Assembly: GCA_976226885.1 (NCBI GenBank)
Contig: OZ320316.1
Location: forward strand, 38,874,001 to 38,938,000
Length of the DNA: 64,000 bases
Source of the DNA: Iphione sp. A-MEVVRFRX5
Lineage: Eukaryota
Reading direction: 5' to 3'
Shown: positions 14,448 to 26,013 of the stretch, in pieces
Position numbering within the stretch: position 1 is the stretch's first letter
Layout: each line of letters starts with the position of its first letter
Notes under the pieces: model-generated
The model's input: only the letters and a program-made list of their open reading frames with translations
Database searches by the model: none
What the model was told of the DNA's origin: nothing
Made by a program: the position numbers and the translations under genes

Positions 14448-14985
14448 AAACAGTCGCCACCCACATAAGCAACCACCTATCTATCTGGACCAAGGTGGTC
14501 ACCTCGGCAAAAAGGTCACCTGAGGCAATGGACTCCCTCTCTCCCTCTCTCCCTTTAGACAGTAGAGGGGTCAAACCTGGAGATGGGCTCCCTCTCTCCC
14601 TCTCTCTCACCAATCCTCCTGGGCAGTTGGGACCTCCTCCAGGTGTGGGGAATGAGTGCGCACCATTGCCGGGTGTGTATACCCTTCAAGGTTCGAGAAT
14701 CACACCTGTTGGAGGTGTTGAAAATGAGCTCATGCCTTTCCATGGTGTGTATTCCCTTCAAAGGGGTAACAATTGTGCCTCTTCCAGGTCGGGTGGTCGC
14801 CGCCGTCAGTGAAACATGCCACATTTGTTCTTAAAATGATAGTTGTTCAAGGCAAGTGGTTGTCTTTGTGAAGAAGTTACACATAGGAAAAGTACAGAAA
14901 AATAGGTTGGTTCTGCCAAAAAGTGGTTACCCCGGGTGAGTGATCGCTCCTGGCAGCTGCAGTCATTAACCGAGTGTTGACTACA
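14448..14985. mobile_element. Probable Tc1/mariner-derived MITE with internal tandem repeats
   Basis: Begins cagtcgccacccacataagcaaccacct and ends aaaagtggttacc..gagtgatcgct..gttgactaca. The ends resemble those at 47384 and 49458. It contains a duplicated ctccctctctccctctct motif and a ~69-bp duplication (aatgag..ggtgtgtat.cccttcaa). TIR match is weak. Confidence 0.4.
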
Positions 14986-15861
14986 ATTTTTAAGAATATG
15001 CTAGAATATATTCCCAGTTACACCAATGCACCGAACACTTTAACGGACTGTCTGTATTTAGGAAGACATCAATGGAGCACAGGTCCGATGGTCACACAAA
15101 TTATATTCCCCTCTTTAAAGCATGCTGTGGAAAATGGCGAATGGCATCCTTTCTACTTCCCCGTCACGACACTTCCTAGCTGCTGCTGGAGCGGACTCGC
15201 ATATATCAACCGTTGAGTAACACAAAAGGACAAAACCTCAACACCAAGAAGAGATGTTATCCATTCGACATTCCCACATCTTAAAGATGGATAATTATAT
15301 ACCAAAAGACATTTGGACGATACTGCCACAGCTGCTGCAAAGTACAAAGTCACATGCAGTACAAAACCCCGTAATTGATTTAGCACTATAGATGTCTCAG
15401 AACAATCTTGAGACCGGCCAACTTTGGTTTCATCCTCGATTTAATCTTTTTAGAGGATCCTTGATCATGGGACCAGTGACGTCATTCAAGGGATGAGCTG
15501 TGTGCAATGAAGTCATCCTGTGCTTTTCTCTTGTAGGGAATGGGCATGTTCGTGCCCTGCAGTGACCAAGTCTGTGTTCTGCTCTCCTTCTGTGAAAAGT
15601 TGTGGGGTACACATGTCGGAGTGTACAAGGATAGAGGGTCCCCCCTCCTATTCTGGCTGCCCTCCGTCCTCGCACATGAGGTCGTTAAATTTATGAGACC
15701 AATGTGTCAACACATCCTTATTAAAGAATTTTTCCACTTATTGATTCGTAAACCAATCCTGGCTCTTCTCCCTCTATATATCCCTATACCACCCCCCTGA
15801 GTTTCATTTTCTCCTTATTATTGTATCGTTTGCATGTTTTCCTGGTCAGTTGCCTTATACT

Positions 15862-15932
15862 CTGCCTCGCTGGGACTCGAACCTGCGTCTTTTGCTGGAG
15901 GCCTGTGTTTTATCCATTGCACCACAGAGACT
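15862..15932 (-). mobile_element. tRNA-derived SINE head or tRNA pseudogene (Arg-like)
   Basis: Reverse complement gtctctgtggtgcaatggataaaacacaggcctccagcaaaagacgcaggttcgagtcccagcgaggcag has an A box (TGGTGCAATGG) and a B box (GGTTCGAGTCC), but no pairable anticodon arm. Confidence 0.7.
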
Positions 15933-18900
15933 ATCCACTAGTTTGAATGTATCCATGCAAGATATATGTATACACAATGTCTCTCTCTAGAATGACCGCT
16001 GAATGAATGGATAGGGTTACTTGAATGGCCACATGGTCTATTAACACAGTGTACACAGCCCTCTTCACTAGCTCAAAACACCATATAGTTGTTGGGTGGA
16101 AGGTTTTAAATTACTGAATGTCATTGGTATCCATTTACTAACAATAAAGGGCTCAGGCCAAGGCTGTCATTCTTTATTTCCCATAAATGCCTCAGACTTT
16201 ATCCACTACATCATGCATGTATGCAGTCTAGGAGCATGACGAGTAGGCACAATTGTTAATACTTGGTTGAAGTATTGTAATAATAGTTCATTTTCTTTGT
16301 ACAGACCCTTCATGGCTCTTGTTCCTAAAGGTGAATTGCTTGTAATTTCCTAACTATTCACCAGACTCCCTTAAAACTTGGGGGAATGAAGCGGCAGTCG
16401 TTATGCCACAATATGACAATAACGTTATACATTGTGTATTACTGCAAAACTGGCTGGTAGCACAAATCAGGCAATTAAATCAATAAATAGCGTCCTCGAC
16501 AGATGTCCTGACAGTTGCTCACACGAAAAGCATGATTCTCCAATGCTTTTCTCACCTCTGTTTACACACTTGAGTGCTTTTGTAGTAGTCAGAAGACATG
16601 GCTAATATATTACTATAGAATTTTAATTGATGTTTGGTTTTGGGTAACTTTATCATAATTTGCCCTCTGTTTTCTTTGCTTACATAAAATGTAACACACC
16701 ATAATCCATTATACCTCCATAAGCAATGGGCATATATATGATAAGAGGTATTACATAGTGCTTTGCAATTTAGGTACACATATTACATCTGCCAAATCTC
16801 TTGAAAATATGTTACATTTTCTACAAAAATTACATTTACACACTAACACTCACTAATCTGCATTTAGATCTGATTGAAAAGATTAATCAATTATTTAATT
16901 TGTTACTATGGTGACAACTGAAGGCTTCCAATGCAGTATAAGTGAAGCAGCTGATGCACATGATTTTTCAGTTTTTTTGGTGATAGATGCAAATGACAGC
17001 CTATGATACAAAGTACATAATGTAAGCACAATAACAAATGAGGTATCAAAAGGTTGCAAATCACTTGCATAACATTTACTCAATAATAAGTTTTTCTCTA
17101 AAATCAATATTTATAACTCTTTCTAGACAGTTTTTGTCAATGAGAGGAAATTTCCCATTATTTTTATAAAAAATGGTCTATACTCAGAACTGTCTTGTTA
17201 CCATGGCAACTGAATTATTAGAACAAAATTGATGCTACATCAAAGTGCAATTCCTAAGGTTTACAGTAGTGTATGGTATGATATGAATTCTGTTACAATA
17301 CTACTCACAAGAGGACAGCCAATCTTTTACCTCAAGCTCCCATTTCAAAAACATGAATTAACCTGTCCTTACTATGCTTTATATCATGACAACTATTTGC
17401 ACTGGTTAGTGGGTTAGGGTCAATGCAAATACCTATCTTGTGGAAGCCCTCCATGAAATTCCACTTCTTTTCTCTTACTTAGATATGGGTCGTGATCAAC
17501 ACCTAGAACCCGACCAAGAGCCGACAAGACTAGAAATCCCGACCGTCTGGCTTAGTGCACAAGTTTGTCTGACATTTTAAAGCACCTGAAGAACAACAGA
17601 CTAACACTGCAAATCATTGAAAGTATGCATAGAGTGAAAAACATGACATTGTATTCGTCGACACCACCCAGAGGATCGTCAATCTCTTTTAATCTCTATT
17701 GTCGCTGAAATATTTGTTAATGTGTGAAATGACCAGTTTTAAACGTTCTATTTTACACCCATCTTATTCTCAAATGTTCACTCTGGCTAATCTTGTATAG
17801 TTGGCTTGTTTGTTAATATCCTTCGGTCTTGGTATTAAGAGAAATGGCGTGTTGTACATGATGGGGAACAATCATTGCTTTTCGCAACAAGTCTATCTGC
17901 TTAAGAACACAAGTCAAAAAGCCCTTTGACTATCAGATTCATCTATGCATGCGCAGCTTGAGATTTGATTCTACTCAGTTACGATGATCTAAATCCAACA
18001 TTCTCTATAGACCATTGGTCCCAATCTATATGTCTGTAACAGCAGAATACTCAAACTGTGTTTGATGCAGTAGCCTGCAGGCAGCAAAGGAAATGTTCAA
18101 GCTAGGCGCAATGGTTGGGTCATGACAATACATGTATATGATACGCTTAGTGAGTACATTACTAAGTTCATCATTTAATGATCAGTTTTCTTATGGTTTA
18201 GTGTATGACTAGACGTTTAAAACACATCAATTTATGAGCTCTGAAAATGGAAAGTGATATTTAACCACGATGTCCAAAACCCATCGCGTTTAAGAGAAAG
18301 TTGACTTTTCGTTTGTGAGACCTTAGTTCGTATGAGTTTCCTCCGTACTTCACAATACAAAAAAGAGCTTCCATAATGCAGACAAACTGTTCAAAGCGGG
18401 CAGAAGCTATGTAAAATAACAGTAAGATTACACAAATATTTGGCTGGAATTATAGAGTGTACCTTTATTTCTCAGACCGCAATCTTATGAGTCCAACCAT
18501 AGAGAATGAATATTATACCAGGACGGATTGGGAATACCCATCTTAAAATATAGTTCATGTGAAGCATTGATTCATATATTCAGTTGAACAAAGATACACA
18601 TACCTCTCACTTTCGAAGCTTCAGAATGATCTAACCTCAGAAATTGAGCCATTTTTTTCTTTAGGAAAGAGCAGAAACATACGTGGAGGGTGGGAAAAAG
18701 AATTGTTTTTCCATATGTGAATCGCCCAAATTAATTTTTAGTGAATTTGCATTCGTTCCTCTGTATTCTACAGAATTCGTTGTTACCTCTAAGTATCTGC
18801 GATTTTTAGTGACCTCCGTTAATTCTTACTGATTCTTTATCTTACTTTTTATCTTCTCAGTGACACTCTATCAAAGGGGAATTCACTTGAATTATTTACA

Positions 18901-19808
18901 TGCGATCACTGTCATCTTAGCTACTTCGTTGGCTTGTTACATCTAGTGTAGTGAGGTGGTTGTATACGTGAATTATTTGACACCGACTGTTGTTCGCAAC
19001 AATATCCACTTTCCCTGTTCGGTATACATGTATACTGTATGTTCCTTAGCAATCTTTCATACTCCTCTTATTTTTCTCCTCCGTTTGAGCCCCCATTTTG
19101 TAAAACTCTTCTCTGTAACACTCGTGTCTTTCTTTGGAACTTCTTAAGATGTCACTTCTTCGAAAGCACCTGGCTAAGCATCCTTCTAGAGTCAGTGGTA
19201 TTCTACGGCAATTTTGTGAACGGGAGATTTGGAGTGAAAAAAAACCTCAACAGTCCCCTTGATCTAAGAGAAATTTCACTGTAGGTACTCGTGTTACTAC
19301 ATTGATCCCCACTTATTCTACCCAGAGAAGCATCGTTCAAATAGGTATTGCCACTGTTTCTTTGAGTTCTTTTTGGTCGCTTCCTATACGAGACGTCTCC
19401 ATGTACTACAGGTGCTTCGTCAGTCAACATGTCTCTCTCTCTGTATGCTCGAACTGTTGCTCTCTTTTCGTTGTGAAACTCAAGAACTTTTCTGGCCCAC
19501 ACAATTATCCTAAGAGTAATGTTGTGACATTGGGATTGTGATAGGAACTAATGTAGAAAACAAAGAAAACCAGGAAAGTATTTCGTTGTTTAGCTTCCTA
19601 GGAAAGCAATAGAACGTCTATACGGTCACGACACGAGAGCTTCCTAAACAGATCCAGCTGAAAACGTGGTCATTGGACACTGATGACTTTTTGGACGAAA
19701 CTGACATGCTACCAAAACGATGCTATGCCGATGGTCGAAGAAACTTAATGACTTTTTTAATAGCAATATTCCGCTATTTAACAATTTTGACAGTCGCCAG
19801 CTCTGTAT

Positions 19809-19810
<2 letters not shown>

Positions 19811-19855
<45 letters not shown>
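19811..19855. repeat. (TC)n microsatellite
   Basis: About 22 TC units seen directly. Confidence 0.95.
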
Positions 19856-19861
<6 letters not shown>

Positions 19862-20029
19862 GTATATCCAATTCCACCTATATACGTAAACACACACATA
19901 TCTACATGTATGCATGTACATGTATTCATATCAAGGTGATATTTTGTTTCAAATCACAGGCCCTATGACTGCTTACAATTCTAAATATTTTATTTTTGGT
20001 CGGTTTACTGCGAAGTGTGAATTGAATAT

Positions 20030-20620
20030 TTACCTCCTCTCTGTGCAGGGCTCGTACCATGTGGGTTGGTGGGCTCCCCATAAACTTGCTTTTAGAATTG
20101 CAGTCCCACTGTTGTGGGTAAAAGAGAACGTGACAGGCAATCCTTTCATCAGAGATCCTCTGTAAAAAAAGTGCTATGGCTGAGCCGAGAGGTGACTGTT
20201 CACGGCTGGGAAAGGAATACAGGTTGAGTGTCAACGTATTTGACAAGCTCCCCTCAATGCAAATCTATTTATGCTACTGTCTCCTCCTGTGACACAGTGT
20301 CAACGTTTCTTAGGGGGTGTGCAATTGACCACTATGATTGAGAAGAATACTTTTAGCTCAGAAAGAATCTACCAGAGAAAAATGTATAAACAGGGGACGC
20401 AATCGCCATAGTTTCTCACCTCCTTTGAGACATCGTTAATTGCTTCTTTGAAAGATCTCATAGGGGGAGCAGAAGAAGGCGACAGCCAGAGAAAGGCCGA
20501 CTCGACGGGGTTGTAGCATGATGCGATTATACAAGTGGTTAACCGACATCATTCTAGTCGAAAACGTAAGAGGACATATGGCGGTGGTTAATGTGTTATG
20601 GACTTGGCAGAGAAGTTCAA
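20030..20620 (+). pseudogene. Decayed Ngaro/DIRS-type reverse transcriptase relic
   Basis: In-frame LSPPVTQCQRFLGGVQLTTMIEKNTFSSERI at about 20277-20370 resembles CTPASRVCKFLGIQIDSMKQELSLPPEKV of the intact RT. An upstream WAPHKLAFRIAVPLLWV and a downstream KRTY...MDL also fit. Confidence 0.45.
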
Positions 20621-21479
20621 TAACTCAAACCTACACAGTGAAAGGCGAGATATGTTAGAGTCTGTAATACTCACTTGTCCTAGAGATTTTCATCGATGGT
20701 CCAACAGAACAAAGTCTTGTTTCCTGTTATTTTGTATTAAGCGGATGTTTCGGTTAGTCTTGTATTCTTATTAAATGTCTTAGTTACAGTATCACTAGGG
20801 GGAAAGACACCAAAAGCAAACGAGGGTATTGATTATTTGTTATAATGAGCCAGATTTATCTTCACAACTATAATAATGGGACAATTTCACTTAACCACAA
20901 AAAGAACTGATGCAGATTCCATACTGCAAGTGGTTAACACTTTAGGCGCTTCAACGTAACACTGATATGAGATGAGAAGTCTTGAGCCAGACATGCTGTT
21001 TCCATCGTGAAATGCTATCCCCTATGACCCGTACACCAGGAATTGGTCCTTTTTTTATTAGAATATAAACACGCGGTTCTAATTCGCTAACTTCAAATAT
21101 TTTTACTGGAAAGTGTGTTATATTTATTCAACAAAATGCAGACTTTTTCTGGGCGTTTTGGCCCGCCTTCCACAAACATAGGATGCCGAGTGGGAGTAGA
21201 AACACGAAGAGGTGTAGGGAGTATGGTTTTAAAACAAAACACATCTCAGCTTTGCCGCCAACAGCGCCGCATACTCGCTATAAGATACGTCTATTTGGTG
21301 AGTCTAGGGGTGGATTTCCCAACGATCCTCTCCATTCTGACCATACTTGCTCGCTGATGGCTGGACGGCAGGAAGTCGACCGGGCCTATGTTGTCTAAAA
21401 AAAAGGAAAATAGAAACGGCAAAGAGTTACAAGAACAAAACTAACTTTCAAGCCAAGGTAACATGTTGTTCGGTCCCCC

Positions 21480-23150
21480 GAGGGCTTACGGCTGGGCTCC
21501 CATAGCATATGCCAAAGGCTAGAAAGTGTTTCCGTATAGGATATGTTGGACTGTTTTCTTATAGTCTCGACAACGCTGGATAAGGAGAGGAGTCGCACTG
21601 TTTTATATATGATGGGCTAGAGCAGGAGTATTTGTACACGAGTGAGAGAAGTCTGATTAAAGGTGCCGAATTGATCGTAACAGCTGGTACCTTGTAAGTG
21701 TCTCCGGGTGAAACAACAAACATGTCTTGTGGTTTGAGCTGTAACCTTCAGTGCAAAAAGAAAAGACGAGGAAAAATAATGAATATGAATGGGTATTTTC
21801 TGTTATTAAATTCTACAATTACGGATATCAGCGTGCAGCTTTTCGGTGAGCAAGACACCAAAAGGCTTTCTTAGTGTCTTTTTCAGTAGTTGGTATTTAT
21901 TTGTTAGAGAAGGTCACGCACGCTTAAAATGGAGGAGTCCAACTCAGGAAAACATTTGGTAGAAATTATTCCATTACCAACTCTGAATGGGTCAGGTTCG
22001 GAGTGGAAAAAGTTTAATATACTTGTATGTATTCTGACTGTGTGCTACTGCATAGCAACATGTCCACTGATGCTAGCTGCCAAACTATTTTCTTTGCCGT
22101 CGAGACGAAAAGCTGATAATGTGGAGATGTTGTGGCGGGACCTTTATTAAGGGATAGAGGCAATGGAGTAGGAAAAATTACATTCTGAACTGGCGGCGGT
22201 GAGAACCCCCTGGTCATGAAAATAAATATCATCAAGGTTTTGTTCCTATCACGCCCTCGCTGTCGCCGTACCAAGGGTGCGCCGAATAACAGAATGGTGA
22301 TTTTTGTGCCATGCTAATATTATAATTCAATGACACACCCTTACATGAGAAGCTTTTATAGATTCTAGACGTGTAATATCTGGATTTTACCAGGCGTGCT
22401 ATTCGGCTTAACTGAATGAAATGCCTAGCATTTTCACTGTGATAGGTAGGGGTGAGGGTGAGGGATGGGGGATAACGCTGAGGCCTTTTTTTTCAGGTGA
22501 GTTACTTAAAACGTTGCATAGTTGTAGTGGAAGGTTATGTTGTTTGTGGCTTTGGCAATGCGGCGTATGCAACATTCCTGAGTCTGGTGTTCTGTGTGCC
22601 CGCTCACGTCCGGCACTCCCCATCGTTCAACATCAGGCACACACGACCAAGAATCACAATTTGTCAGGGAACTGTAGGAGGAGGGAAGCCTATTCGTGGG
22701 ATGTTGTATCTTTTAAACAATTATCTGTTAACATCGACGCGTCGACTTCTCTTGTTTTTTTTTCTCTTCATTTTCGGATGAGCTTACTGATTGCCCACGC
22801 CATCAAAAGAGCACGACCACCCAAAAAAAACCCATCGCCTGATAGACATGGGGTATAGAATAATCATGCGACTCCTACACATAGTCTCCTGGTGGTCCAA
22901 GATAGGGCGGTTCTCGCGACTATTTATCACAGGGTCTTTTTGTTTCCACGACTACTTAGAGCCGCAGGGTCTTCTTACGTTACCCTTCCTAGTCGTAAAT
23001 ACCGACACAATGGCGGGAAGGCTCTCTGGCTTTAATGGGCCGTTCTGGTGAGAAAAACAAAGTGTCAACACCGATTCTTTGAATAGTCCATTGGAGCCTT
23101 CCGTGCTGTCTTAAATTGACCCCTATCTCTCGACCCGCACGCGGACTACG
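21480..23150 (-). pseudogene. Decayed Ngaro/DIRS-type RT C-terminus/RNase H/YR relic
   Basis: Minus-strand motifs occur in the expected order: LYPMSIRRWVFLGW (RNase H, ~22850), SPLPITVKML (~22427-22455), SEPDPFRVGNGIIST (~21958-22004, the SKTDPFR.G motif) and LFHPETLTRYQL..SHS (~21680-21716). Confidence 0.55.
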
Positions 23151-24129
23151 CGCTTGCCTCCAATTGCATCCAATGGCGGTAGGTCAAGTAGTTGGTAGTT
23201 GGGTGATCTTTCGTTGTTGCCTCTCTGGAGGGCATGAGGAGGTCCGATCGTTTGTCTTTTTGAGTCTGTCCCATTTTTGAGACATCAACTGGATCTAGGG
23301 ATTGTCACAGTGGTGGAGGAGAAAGGAGGGGCCACCGTTGGCGGCTCCAACAGAGGCGTACCTCCATAGCCGGACTCTTCAAGCAGACACATTAATCAGG
23401 ATATAATTACGCCGTCCTCCGGCCCGATCACCGTCCTGGATCCCTCCGCCGAGGAGACACCGGGAGCGTCCGGGCATTCAGACTTTCGACATCTACGGAA
23501 CAGCGTCGAATAGATTAGCGAAGTAAACCGTGTGGAAGTTACCTTCCTATGATAAATGGAGACTGTCTTTACGTTAGTATCACTTCAATCTACAGTAGGT
23601 ATTTTTGCTGTTTGGTGGATCCTTTGTGCTTATACATAAATGCCTACTGCTTACAAATTATAACTAATAAAAAGGTTCTACCAATCAAAGTCGTGATTAT
23701 AAAGCTTTATATACCTGAGATAAGAACCGTATGTATATTACGTGCACATGAAAGTAGTCGCTCGTAGGTATATACCTATATGTTCACACTTGTACGTGTT
23801 TATGACTTATGCAGACGGATAGATTGTTGCATAGTTGAACACAGCAGAAAGAAAATCTTAATCTTCCCCTTCTTATCTATGTGTGAAAGGGATACGTCCC
23901 GAATGATGTATATATGCTATTGATTTGTGCGTTCAATCTTCCTTGTGTTCTCCGTCGTTTGCCCAGTCTAGCAACTATATATAATGGACGATCAACTTGA
24001 AATGCCATAGATAGTACTTATCAGCCTACGTCACCGACGGAACGAAAACGTAAGACACCCCCGTACATTCCTGATTTTTAAAATTTTCAATTCTGCGTTC
24101 TTCGCACAAAGCAGACGATCCCGTTTTAA

Positions 24130-24630
24130 ATAACAAAAACTTCTGACAGGTGTTCAACTTCTATTCAGCAAAGCAGAGATTATAATCAGTAGTATCAACA
24201 AGAACCGCTAAGGAAATCTTCTAAAGAAGCATCACACAAGAAGCCATAGCTGCTAGCTGTTTACGTTTCATGCCGTGGACGCCATCGAATATCAAACGGC
24301 AGGTCTTGGCAGTGCGGGATATGAATGACGGTTCAAGGCCCCTTTTACGAGCAGACCATATATTAAGGTCTGCCCCTGAATATTTTCAAAAAGCGTGATC
24401 GCTGGTTCTGTAGCCTCTGGCCAAAGTCGATGGTACAGTCATAATGGTCAATTATCTCGGTAGGTGTCGCACACAGCAGTAGCAGGGACCTTTTGCTCAT
24501 TAGCCGATTATTTGTTGAGGTCAGTAGGATCCGACGACAGGGGACCAAACAAAAAGTTGGGGGCTCGAAGGGGGCAGTAGTTAATGTGAAGGGAGGTTGG
24601 TGATCAATAATAAGACGGACGACTCCCATC
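24130..24630 (-). pseudogene. Decayed Ngaro/DIRS-type RT N-terminal relic
   Basis: ORF 24363-24629 starts GVVRLIIDH (RLI.D motif). Further on, QDLPFDIRWRP...ASLEDFLSG (~24200-24305) corresponds to the LPFG.RS.P and YLDDFL motifs. Confidence 0.5.
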
Positions 24631-25030
24631 TCCGACTTATCGCTGCCCCTGACTCCTTTCTTCTTTATCAGCTCCCGGTACTGTTCGCGTTTTTGACCCT
24701 GTTCATTTGTTATGTGTTCGTCTGAATATCGGAGATGGGACGATAATGTCCCAGGGTAGGTCCCTTTGTATTTTTTTATTTCCTCGTGGTGAGGTAAAAC
24801 CCGTCTTTCTTGTGGCAGTGGAAAGGTATATAGGTGGCATCCTCATGCCGGTCTGTCATGCCTCCACGAGTCCATTTCAAAAGGACCTTTTATGACAAAT
24901 TGGAAAAGTTTCAAAATGTTACATAGTTATTTACTGAATGTATTGCACACAAATTCCCTGTTCTGTTCTGCCTCTCCGTCTGGTGAACGAAATAAACATA
25001 CACCTATAATAAAAATAAACAACAATATAT

Positions 25031-25152
25031 ATATGTGTTATATATTATTAATATATGAATATATGTCGCAATAGGACGATTGTCTACTGTCATGTTGCCT
25101 GGTAACCTCGCTAACGTCATATCATTCCATAACGACTTCGCTATTGAAATTT
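25031..25152 (+). repeat. Ngaro split direct repeat A1
   Basis: Direct repeat of 28970-29091, differing at 25078/29017 and 25134/29073. Confidence 0.95.
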
Positions 25153-25182
25153 GACCGGTACAGACGTGTTTTGATCCTAGAG

Positions 25183-26013
25183 ATGGAGAAGTTCTGTAAA
25201 CGTTGTGATCAAAAGCATTTACCACCAGTGGGGAAAAAATGCAAGAAGGATCTGACGATGAAGCAGATTGACGAGGTTTCTGAGGCTGGGACTCCAGATA
25301 TTCCGGTTGATCCTGTAGAGAAGCGATTCCAGAGAATCGAGACGATGTTGGAGGCCTTGGTAGTGAGCAGACCATCAGCCAAGAAGCCTGTGACAGAGGA
25401 GACCCAAGAAAGCTCATCGAGTGATGACGATGATTCTTCAGATGACGAGGAGGGCTCTTCAAAGAAAAAGTCAAGAAGAGGTAAGAAGTCCAAGTCCAAG
25501 AGATTTTCTATTTCTCGTTATGTGAAAAGCGAGAAGGTTGAATCATACGAGGACTTAGTGGTGGGCTCAGTTGGCCTCTTGAAGAAACTCATCTCATCTG
25601 GCGAAGATGTGGAGGGTTATATTGACCATATAGCCTTCTTAGCAGATCGTGCTTCAACGAAAATATATACGAGCTCATCGTTGATCGAATATGACAAGGA
25701 GATGAGGAAGAAAGCGAGAGACGAGGGCATCGGTAGTTTTTCGTATGGTGACACGGTGTTGGTACATAGATGTCTCAGTTTGGATGCTACCGTGGACGTT
25801 GCCAGAGCGAAAGAAAACAAGAAAAAAGCAAAGAAGACTAAGGGTGTGTGCTTCAGATACAATAACTCGAGCTGTGAGGATGCAAGTTGCAGATTTCGAC
25901 ACATCTGTGAGCTGTGTTTCAAGGCGGGACACAGAGCGAGTGAGTGTACGTCAGCGAAATCATCGGGCGGTGAACCGGATAACAAGTCCAAGTCATCAGC
26001 AAAAAAGGATTGA
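25183..26013 (+). CDS. gag: Gag-like protein with N- and C-terminal zinc-finger motifs
   Basis: ATG at 25183 within ORF 25144-26013. N-terminal CKRCDQKHLPPVGKKC, an acidic/Ser and Lys-rich linker, and C-terminal CFRYNNSSCEDASCRFRHICELCFKAGHRASEC (CCCH plus CCHC). Confidence 0.9.
   Translation: MEKFCKRCDQKHLPPVGKKCKKDLTMKQIDEVSEAGTPDIPVDPVEKRFQRIETMLEALVVSRPSAKKPVTEETQESSSSDDDDSSDDEEGSSKKKSRRGKKSKSKRFSISRYVKSEKVESYEDLVVGSVGLLKKLISSGEDVEGYIDHIAFLADRASTKIYTSSSLIEYDKEMRKKARDEGIGSFSYGDTVLVHRCLSLDATVDVARAKENKKKAKKTKGVCFRYNNSSCEDASCRFRHICELCFKAGHRASECTSAKSSGGEPDNKSKSSAKKD

Noticed and set aside
15862-15932. Functional tRNA genes here and at 48747-48815
   Set aside because: A and B boxes are present, but the anticodon and acceptor stems do not pair. 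Treated as SINE heads or pseudogenes.
17950-18250. Possible hAT dimerisation-domain remnant (PNLYVCNSRIL..PAGS)
   Set aside because: The key S..ER.FS motif is absent and no termini were found.
19644-19968. ORFs containing RERERE or SLSLSL runs (also 29542-29993 and 59530-59862)
   Set aside because: They are translations of (GA)n/(TC)n microsatellites.
25004-25991. Antisense ORFs of 85-156 aa overlapping gag
   Set aside because: Expected shadow ORFs opposite a purine-rich coding strand; no recognisable motifs.
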